A DNA stretch of 64,000 nt from the human T2T-CHM13v2.0 reference genome, Homo sapiens. The notes below the pieces were generated by a model. The model did not search any database and was not told where the DNA came from. It worked only from the letters and a program-made list of their open reading frames with translations. The stretch lies in assembly GCF_009914755.1 (NCBI RefSeq), contig NC_060925.1. One strand, given 5' to 3'. The position numbers and the translations under genes were made by a program. Below are positions 53,849-64,000 of the stretch, one piece after another; position 1 is the stretch's first letter, and the number at the start of each line of letters is the position of its first letter.

Positions 53849-54999
53849 TATGCATCTATGTTTTTTACGTTAAAATATCTGAAAGGTAGTTTTATAGCTT
53901 AATTTAGACCCTCATGTCTTTGTGGGAAATCAGTGACCTGGAAAATGTTTAGAAACTGTGCTTATGTGCACTGGCTAAGTATATAAAAAGCAGCCTATCC
54001 AAATATTTATTTAGTTTCACTGCTTTTGGGCTTTTCTCTCTCCTACCTATTTGGTGAAGCAAGTGAAATTATGTGTGTGCACAAGCATTTGTTCATTAAC
54101 TTAGTCATTTGTTCATTCAATAAATATTTTCTATATTTACAATAAATACTATGTTAGGCTCTGTTCTGAGGGGTACTAGGTACCTAATCATAAGGGCTAA
54201 TTTTTATTTGCTGCATACAATGTATGACACTTTGCTGAGTGTATTACATGTATAATTATCTTTCACAAAAAATCTGTAAAGTAAATACTATTTTCCCCAT
54301 TTTTATAAGGAGAAAGAGAGTTAGAGATTGTATGGAAATAGAAAAATGGTAAATCTGGTCTTGGTAACTGGAAACCAGGTCTTGATGTCATCACTGGATC
54401 AAGCTTCATCTAAACTGAGTTCAACTGCTGGAAATTTTAGTTATATTGGGCCAACAAGTCCCTTTTATCATTTGAACCAGTTTGAATGGGATTTAATGCC
54501 ACCAAACCAAAGCATTATAACTGATACCCTTCAAATTCTATGTCATCCTGCTTCAAGTATAACCAAAGCTATATTATATTGCTTCACATTTCACGAAGCC
54601 TGACATGGTTCATGTCCTCATGGAGCTTATAGTTTATTAAATAAAAAACTGACAAATAAGAAAAAAGATTGTTGAAGACTAGGATCAGGAAAGAGAAAGA
54701 TAATGTATATGACAGTACATATAAAAACTATTCAAATTGGTATAAAATGAGGTGGCCCACTAGGAGGTGAACAAGAATAGGCAAACACAGATTTTATACA
54801 TCTCCAGTTTTTATCATCATTTTTTCCTCTTTCCTTTCCATCTTGTCATTTTGTTGAAAATTTCTATGACATTTAATTAAAATGAAAAGTTAAGGGAAAG
54901 CCCATCTTCCTAATTTTCCAAATTGTAAACCATTCTTGTCCCATCCTTGTTGAAGGAGCCCTTTATTCAACTAGCATGCACAGCTCATGTAAAAATTAA

Positions 55000-55318
<319 letters not shown>

Positions 55319-56404
55319 TCACTTTTCCATACTTCTGCTAAGCAGAGAAACTATTGGACTTCTGACTTGAGAAGCCCTTGGGAAATGAGCCCTTGTGGTA
55401 TCCAAGGAGACAGTAAAATTTTTCCAAAAGCTTCTTACCATAGCTATTACCACATTCTGTAGGTGCTCAGATTATTTATGGTTTTCCCTCTAATTCCGTA
55501 ATCTCTACCCATTTAACTTACTTTTTATTTTGCTACACTCCTTTCCTTACATTAGTCAAATAAAGATATTCAAAACATGCTCATCTTTTTAATATTAATA
55601 GCTATCATTTATCAAATTAAAGGGCATTTTATGGTTCAGGCACTATCTAAGTACCTTAAATGCAATAACTCATCATAACAGTCTTACAAAGCACATCATT
55701 AGCCCTATTTTATAAATAAAAGACCCAAAGGATTATGTTCTGATTGTTTTAGGTGTTGGATCTGAGAATTGAATGCAAAGTCCAGCTCCAGAGTGTACAT
55801 TCCCAGCATTACTCACTTTATTTAGATCTCATGTATCTAGATATTAAGGAGAATTATCCTTGTTCAGTTTAAACAAAATCAACAAAACGTGTCTTTGTTT
55901 TCAGTCCACTTTCACAAAAATTTGTATCTGATCTATGATTTTTTAATTATTTACTCGGATATCATATGCTGTCTAATTTTCCTTTAATTTATTCTTCTTT
56001 TTAAGATGACAACTCTTAGTGTTATGATGTAAAAAATTAATCCTGGTATACATTTTCCATGAACTAAAATTGCTCGATATAGAGAAATCTTCCATATGAG
56101 ATTGACTTCCCCTTCCACTTTTAGACTGAAGGTATTTATTTCCTTTCTACTGGTCCTCTGTAGTGTTCTATGTTCTTAAACCTGAACCTTCTTTACTTAA
56201 GTTAGAAATGTTTCTAGCCTATTCACTTCTCTTCCTCCTACCTCTGATGCACAGAAATCCTGCTGCCATTGTTCTGGCCTGATACAGGGAAAGGGAAGAA
56301 CTTATTGCCATATCTGTAGGGCTGGATTTGTTGAGACTGTTTCTAGCATCTCGAGTTGGAATTCAAATTCTTCACTTAAATGATGTTATATTATTGAGTC
56401 TTAA

Positions 56405-56545
56405 CAATCATTTCTCAAAGCATGGATTCCTGCATCAGAATCACCAAGGGTGCTTATTAAGGAAGCAGGTTCATAGGCCTCACCCCAGATCTACTCAGTT
56501 AAAATCTCTATGGATGTTGTTCCTAAATCTACATTTTTAAGAAGA
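56405..56545. mobile_element. MER5-like hAT relic
   Basis: tttctcaaag...tgcatcagaatcacc...ggcctcaccccagatctact...aaatctacattttta. Confidence 0.7.
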
Positions 56546-58617
56546 TAAATATAAAACCCAGTGTTTCCATTCCTTCCTAGAATTTAAGAATAGCTTCAGC
56601 AGAAGGGGAGTTTTGTAGATTATCCTGAGAACTTGTGTAGTATTAAGTAGTTTAAAGTTAGGAGTTGGTTATTTAAAATCCCCCACTGCCTTATTAAAAG
56701 TTGAATTCTGGTAGCTGGATAATTCTTTGTTTGCTGAGAAAAATGATGGATATGGAAATGTTAGTTTTGGAGATAGAAGCTGGTGCTACATTTAATTATC
56801 CTTCTGATACAGGGCATATATTGGGGTGTGAAGTAGGCAGGGAAAGAGGGAAAGGAAGATAATTCTCCAAGAGGAAAGAGAGTAGGTGGCCGGTCTCTGT
56901 GTTATTGAGGGTAGCAAAGAATGACTGCTTGATGGAACAGCCGAAGAGATTCGGGGGACTGGGGAGAGGCTGTTGCAAAAGGGTACTTTCAAGTGAAATG
57001 CTGCATGTTACAGTATGAATAATTGCTTTGACCCCATCAATATTCAGAAAAAGTATAAAGCCCATAATTCACTTGAAGAGGTAAGCTCTTTTGAGAAAGC
57101 TGATGATGGTGTAAGATTCCTTCCAGGTTGTTACAGGTCAAAACAGAGTCCACCTGCGTATGCGAGTTGGCAGCTGTACATCCTGGGGGATGATCAATAT
57201 ATAGAAGCTATGAGAATATTTCATACACCTACCAACCCTTCCAGATCTCCAAGCTATCTGTATTGTTTTGTATTTTAAGGGTGGGGAATGAGGAGAAGGA
57301 GATAATGGCCTGGACTAGAAGGTATAAAAGGATTGAGATGGAGACAACTGAACAGAAATTGGGAGCTATGGTCAAAATTCTGGTGGGAAGAAGAGGTGTT
57401 TATTGTGTCAGGTAGAAGCAGAGACAAGATTGAATTCGGTAAGATTTCATTCATGTTAAATTAAAGACATGTCAATTTAGTTTTGGTTTCTGCAGAGGAT
57501 AACAACTGTAAAATGAAAGATGGAACTAATAATAGTTGGACCAAAGAAACGGATACAAACTGGACTGGCTGCTGGTGTGAGCAGACCAAGATGTAAGCTC
57601 AGCCTGCTTCTGCAAGACAGCTGACTTCTGGTTCTCTCTTTGTCCTCTAGGACTCTTTCTTCAGAGTGCCCACAGTCTTTTTTTTCCTATTTTTCATTCA
57701 TATTTTATATTCTTCAGCCTTCTATGAGGTTCTCTTTTCTTTTTACATCCAGCCAGTTCTCAGTCAGGTCAGTTCCACCACTTTATTACCTCCTTCTACT
57801 CTCTTATCTCCATTCCTTCTGTAGATAAAGACCTACTCATTGCCCACTTGGGTTACTAAAATAGGTCCTAACAGATTCCCTTCTCTCCAGTCTAGTCCTT
57901 CTTTCTCTCCACTGGATGGTGTCTGATCATTGCATGCACAATTGTCTTAATGTCAATTTGCTGCGTAAAGTCGATCAATGGCTTCCCACTCATTTCAATT
58001 AAGTAACAAACTTCTTAGCATGACATAAAGGGCTTTTCATAAGTCACTCTTCTAACCTCTCCAACAGCAATTTTAGTCTTCTCCCTAAATGCAATCCTCT
58101 AACTTCCCACATCTGCATCATATTCTCTCCACCTCTCAGCCTTTGTGCATGTTCTCCTGGCTGGTTGTAAACACACCCCCTTCTCCATCATTCAACAGGA
58201 GAACCCCTAGCCTCATATTTTGGGTTCTTTTGCCTTTTTGGCAAACCAACAGGAGATTCTAAGAAATGTGTTAAGTTCTAACTCTGTGAGATTCTATTGG
58301 CATGTTTATGGGAAGCTAGTCTTATATTATAATAACTATTGATTACTGTTAACATTAAGTTTGTTAATTAATCATTAACCAATACAGTGTGCTCAGCATT
58401 GAGTTAGGCCTTGGAGAAAAAGATGAGCAAGAGATAGCTTCTGCCTTTGTGGAAATCACAGTAGAAAGGGGTGATGAATATGACTAAAAGCCACGCAACA
58501 TGATAGGGGCTACAACAGGGCTCTAAAATCACGCAGGAGGAAATGGCCAGGTTTCCTAGGGAGTTGGATATGACTTCACAAGCACTTATACCCCTTAGAC
58601 AAGCCCTTATACCCCAC

Positions 58618-58663
58618 TATATTAGTTAGGGTTCTTTTAGAGGGACAGAACTAGTTGTGTGTG

Positions 58664-58698
<35 letters not shown>

Positions 58699-59416
58699 TG
58701 GAGTTTAAATATTAACTTACACGATCACAAGTTTATTAACTTACACGATCACAAGTACTATTCATATATGTATATATACTAATAGTATATTGTATATATA
58801 TGGGAGTTTATTAAGTATTAACTTACATGATCACAAGAGCTATTAGTATATTTACATACACTGATAGTATATATATATATACACACTAATAGTATATATA
58901 TACTCATAGTATAGATATATACACTAATAGTATATATATACTCATAGTATAGATATATACACTAATAGTATATATATACTCATAGTATAGATATATACAC
59001 TAATAGTATATATATACTCATTATATATATAGAGAGAGAGAGTTTATTAAGTATTAACTTACATGATCACAAGTTCCCACAATAGGCTGTCGGCAAGCTG
59101 AGGAGCAAGGAGAGCCAATTTGAGTCCCAAAACTGAAGAATGTGGAGTCCGATGTTCCAGGGCAAGAAGTATCCAGCACGGGAGAAAGATGTAGGCTGGC
59201 AGGATAGGCCCGTCTGTCCTTTTCACGTTTTTTCTGCCTGCTTCATATTTTCTGGCAGCTGATTAGATGGTGCCCACCAGATTAAGGGTGGGTCTGCCTT
59301 CCCCAGCCCACTGACTCAAATGTTAATCTCTTTTGGCAACACCCTCACAGACACACCCAGGATCAATACTTGGATTCCTCAATCCAGTCAAGTTGACACT
59401 CAAGTTAACCATCACA
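58618..59416 (-). mobile_element. MLT2A1-like ERVL solo LTR with an internal repeat expansion
   Basis: tatattagttagggttcttttagagggacagaact...cccacaataggctgtcggcaagctgaggagcaaggagagcca...caagttgacactcaagttaaccatcaca. Confidence 0.92.
58883..59021. repeat. 38-bp tandem repeat, 3 perfect copies plus a partial
   Basis: acactaatagtatatatatactcatagtatagatatat at 58883, 58921 and 58959. Confidence 0.95.
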
Positions 59417-61890
59417 CCTGCCTTAAAAAACTAGTAGGGTTTGTCAGGCAGAGAAGGAAGAAAGGAAACTTCAGGCAAAGGGAATTAGCATATTGTAAAA
59501 ATCAGCCTTAATATTATTATTTTATTTTTGAATGCTGCTGCTAACACTGTTGTTTCAACTTTCTCACCATTATTAGCAAGCCCTTAACTTGACTTAATGG
59601 GAGTGGTGTTTGTTCATTTTTACTAGACACATTTACTCATTTCATGGCTGGTGTTGTGTTGGTTTATATTCACTGCCTGCTGGTCCCTCTTTACTTTCTG
59701 TGTGGTCACACACAATTTTGAAAGTCTTTTCATGAGCAGTGGTCTATACAAGTTTCAATCAGCAAAATCACAGCTCTATTAAACCTTGCTGATTCTAGTT
59801 TGTCACCATGAAAAGCTTCTTGCTTCCTTTGTAGATGTAAATGTATATAACATTCAGTGCTTGTGGTTTTATTTGGAGTGTTTGGATATATTTACATTTT
59901 TGCTTAGGAAAGCATCTTTCTGAACTGTGACTACAAACTGTGAATTCCACTAGGAAACAGGTCTTCAGAATATTGGCAAGGCTCTCATATTCACTGTTAT
60001 CTCTATTTAAATATCTTTGGGATTTGTCTGTGGAACACATATGTTCTTATTAATTGATTACACATTAATAAAAATGATAACAAGTTAACAGTTACAGATA
60101 CTTTTTCAGTGGAAGTGCTAGCATGATAAAACAGGCTCAGTGAAACTTCTGTTCCATTGGATTCTACTTAACTGAACATGAAGAAACAGTTTAGTTACTC
60201 TAGTTTAAAAATAAGGGAATTTCATAATGGTCTATTTAAACTGTCTGCAAAAGAAGTTACAGTGATTTTTCTGGCATTCTCTCCCTCGTAACCTCCTTCC
60301 ACACTCATTTTGTCTTTATGTCAGCCTATTTGGTTTAGTTTTTTTCAACTATAATAATAATTACCATTATTATAGACACTTATATTTGCTACTTATATAT
60401 GAATCCAAATAGTCTAGTCTGAGGGATGGTGATCTTAATTACTGTGTTAAACTACACAGTATTAAATATTCTTTATGTTCACAATACCTATTGCAGGAGT
60501 TTAGTTTATTAGATGGCACAGAGAACCCCAGTTCACTCAAAATGTACCTTATCTTAAACTGGACTTGAGGAGCTGGGTCACTGGAAGTGGTAGGAGTAAG
60601 AATACAGGACTTGTCACTTTTGGTAATAGCCATGTCTGTATTTCTACTACCAATCTCAAATGTATGTTATCACATAATTCAATAATTATGGCTGAATAAG
60701 TGAGTGAGTAAATGAATAGTTAACATTGCACGGGACATAAGGTCCTCCAGTCATTTATGTCATTGATAAGTAGCTTTTTCAGGTGACTCTTGGAAGTAAG
60801 CAAACTCACTACACTAGTAACTCCTTGCATTGCCAATATTAGGCAGTCCCAAGAGAGCTGAGATGGAAGAACAGGAAATAGGAGAAGCATGCAGTTATCA
60901 CAGTTATATTTCTTCAAGTTGATAAAATGGAATCATTATTTTTGTAATGAGCTCTATGCTTAGATTTCTATCTTTCTTTTAAGTGGTTTATTTCCAATAA
61001 TTTTCTTTTCTTTAAGTTTAGGGACACAGTAGTCTTTCAAGAAGAATTATTTCAGTTCAACTTTAGAGTTAAAAGACACAGGACAAGGGAGCTAATCTCA
61101 AGTCTTTGATGATGAATTTAGAGGTGAAATCAGACTACCTGCCTACTCTCTTCCTGCAGTTGAGCAACTCACCATGACCAGAGGAAAACACACAACTGAC
61201 TTAATCTCATTTTAAAACTATGACAATAAGCCTCATTTAGACATACAGTGCTGCTTGATAATCCTATTACACTTTCCTAGCATAGTAATCTTCTTACTTT
61301 CTAAAATGACCATTTTACCCTTTCTCGTGTTTGATAAGTCCCCTAAAATTACTCCTCATTCTCAGCTGATCATTGTCCTCGAATTTAGTTTGAAATTAGT
61401 GGTAAATAGGAACTTTCTCATCTTCCTACCACTAGATCTACTTACCTACTATGTTTGTCAATCCATGCCCATGGTCATCTTCCTGTTGAAGGCCAATTCT
61501 TCTACTTCGGATCTGAATTCTAGGCTTCCTGCCTTCTCAAGGACTTTGCTTCTGCAATAGTTCCCCTCTCTATTCGTCATAGAGATTCTTTCTCCTCTAG
61601 AGGAATTTCAATCAGCATATGAATATGCGATAACATTTCCTAGTCCAGACAAGAAACACGTGCTTGACACACATCTGTCTCAAGCTGCAGCCCCATTTCT
61701 CTGATCATTTTTATAGTTTTGTAGTTATCTATAACTGCTATCTCTAGCTTTCTCACCACACTTTCTCTCCTCAAACTCCTCCTCCACATATGTAAATCTA
61801 ACAGTCACATCTCTGTCCTATTTTACTTGAACACTAAGCAGCATTCAAGACAGTTGGTCACCCTCTCCTTTTTAAGGCAATATTCAATCG

Positions 61891-62190
61891 GTATAGCAGT
61901 TAGCTATTGCTTCATAACGCATCACCCTAAAACTCAGTGGCTTAAAATGTTTATTATTGCTCATGAGTCTATGAGTTTTCCGGGTGGCTCATACGATGTC
62001 CTCTTTGCTCATGCCTGCATTCATGGTCGGTGGCAGGTAATGTGGCTGTGCTGATTTAGGCTGGACTCTGACATGTTGGGGGTTGGCTAGACCTAGAATG
62101 GCCTCAGCTGGGATATTTCAAAGGTGGCAGCTTTCTGCACACTCTGGCCAACTCTCTTCTACTAGCTCTATCCATCTAGAAAGTAATGGC
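61891..62190 (-). mobile_element. Old MLT1 (G/H-like) LTR fragment
   Basis: cagttagctattgcttcataac...aaaactcagtggcttaaaa...tttattattgctcatgagtcta. Confidence 0.7.
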
Positions 62191-63743
62191 TGTGATGCAT
62201 TGATGACAATTCCTGACTTTGTGTGTATTTGTGTGCTAACATCGAGAATAAAAACCGAAATCCTTGCATTCCTTTGCAAGCCTGTAAATTGCATGGTTTT
62301 GTTTTTAAGTGCAATGGAAATGAGTAAGAACTCAATGGAATAATTTTTCATTTTGTAGTTTCTGATTGTGCAAAGGATCAAAACAAGGGTAAAGACCAAT
62401 TAAAAACATGCTAACACTATTCTATTTCTGTGTGAAGATCTATCGGAACAGAAAAAGCCTTTTAGTATAAGTATACGTACAAAAAAGTCAACTTTTTTTC
62501 TGTGACTGAGAAAGCTCTCACAGATAAGTGAGCTAGCTCTGAAATACATAAAACCTTTTCATATGTAAATAAAGTAAAACCTGGCAGCTCTACCATCTGT
62601 GAAGGTGTGAGAGTTCTTAGAAAATGACTCATTCAGTTAGGCAAAGATGTGAAACCATATTTGAATGTAAAAATATGCAAACTACACAGAATCTAGGATA
62701 TTGGGGGCAGCAACAGCACATACTCTTAACAATACAGTGTTTAGAATAAACGTGAGATTGTTGAGAAATTGACAAATACTACAGTAGTGAATGAAAAAAC
62801 TAAAAGTAATAAATACTGCTTTTGAAAAATTGGTCTGACTTAGTATGTAAAAATAAGTGTTAAAGGGCCTACAGAGATCATTTATTTCAACACCATTTTC
62901 AGATTACAGCACTAAAAAAGAATCGTAGGCCCAGAGAGGTTGAGTGAGTTGCCAATAGGACATAGAAAGCTTGTGGCGCTGGCAGGACTGGATGTACAGT
63001 GTGCTGATGCCTAAGTCTCATCTCTTTCTTCTAGACCTGGCTCCTCTTTACTTCTGAGAAAAATCCTCTACTGACTTTAATGTGTTTCTATAGTATTTAG
63101 GGCCTAAAAGATATCCTTTCTCTTGTGCTGGCTCAGGAATTTATTATTAACTTGAGTGTTCCATATAACATATTCAAGCTTTCACATCCAGAAAACTGGC
63201 GTCTTGATGGTTTTCATGAGACAAGACAGAAAACTGCATCTTATGATATAAGGCAAATCACAATGCTATCTTTTTCAGAATTATCTTTTCACGTGATAAC
63301 TCCCAAAATGTGCAATTTTACTCATTATTTTATTTATCTAAGCTTTGCAGAATAGAGTAATTGAATTCTCCAAATCTGTGTTGAGTAGAAATCCTCCAAC
63401 ACTGTCCTAATGTCAGGGAGACACAACTTTAATTGATGCCTTCTCCTCCACCCCCCTCAAAAAATGGGAGCCAGTGTTCCTAGGAATATTTGATATCTTT
63501 CTCTTCTTTAATTGGCAATCAGTTCTCATTCTAATAAATGGGGAAATATACCACATAAAACCAATCAACTGGTTTGGTTTTCCTTGCCCCCAAAGTTGGG
63601 AAAATGGAGAAACAAATAGAATTCAAATTTTGCTCCATTTACCTAACATGCATATAAAATTGACTATTTCCGAGGTACTAAGATATGTGGTAAAATTTTA
63701 ACTTTTTCTCCTAAAAAGAAACAATGATACTAGTGATCTAAAA

Positions 63744-64000
63744 CAGGGGTCCCCAGTGCCTGGGCCACAGACTGGTACCTGTCTGTGGCTTGTTAGGAAC
63801 CGGGCCACACAGCAGAAGGTGAGTGGTAGTTGAGCAAGCATTACCACCTGAGCATGGCCTCCTGTCAAATCAGCAGCGGCATTAGATTATCATAGGAGCG
63901 CGAATCCTATTGTGAACTGCACATGTGAGGGATTTAGGTTGCATGTCCCTTATGAGACTCTAATGCCTGATGATCTGAGGTGGAACAATTTCATCCCAAA
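63744..64000 (+). mobile_element. MER1B-like hAT element running off the window end
   Basis: caggggtcccc...gttaggaaccgggccacacagcag...ggcattagattatcataggagcgcgaa, preceded by a hAT-type target atctaaaa. Confidence 0.9.

Noticed and set aside
54757-54772. CTCF-like ccactaggaggtga
   Set aside because: It has mismatches in the GGC core, so it is too weak without data.

Overview
This is AT-rich primate genomic DNA, human or great ape given the Alu S/J copies and an L1PA2-type insertion. It looks intronic or intergenic and is dominated by transposable elements. I can support no host protein-coding exon: the ORFs with recognisable homology are broken LINE-1 ORF1/ORF2 pieces, Alu read-through or GC-rich LTR artefacts. 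Contents include about 8 Alu/FLAM copies, several nested LINE-1s (L1PA2-, L1PA7-, L1PA13-, L1PB-, L1MA-, L1MB- and L1MC-like), solo LTRs (MLT1A0, MLT1C, MER52, THE1C, MLT2B, MLT2A), DNA-transposon relics (Tigger4a, MER1B, MER5, MER91), MIR/L2 relics and a tRNA-Ile-headed ancient SINE. Repeat family and subfamily names come from my recall of consensus sequences and need RepeatMasker/Dfam confirmation. The most notable observations are four. (1) An old L1MA-type element at 13.5-20.6 kb has a ~950-nt 5'UTR deletion that, against a sister copy in this window, ends at a splice acceptor, suggesting an ancient spliced retrotransposed L1. (2) A multi-junction rearrangement scar at 48.5-51.6 kb contains a local duplication, a fold-back inversion and filler DNA. 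(3) Several AT-rich tandem arrays have perfect hairpin units. (4) A THE1C LTR keeps a DUX4-type site, TATA box and splice donor, alongside several candidate + strand non-coding exons. I see no convincing evidence of a wholly new biological system.
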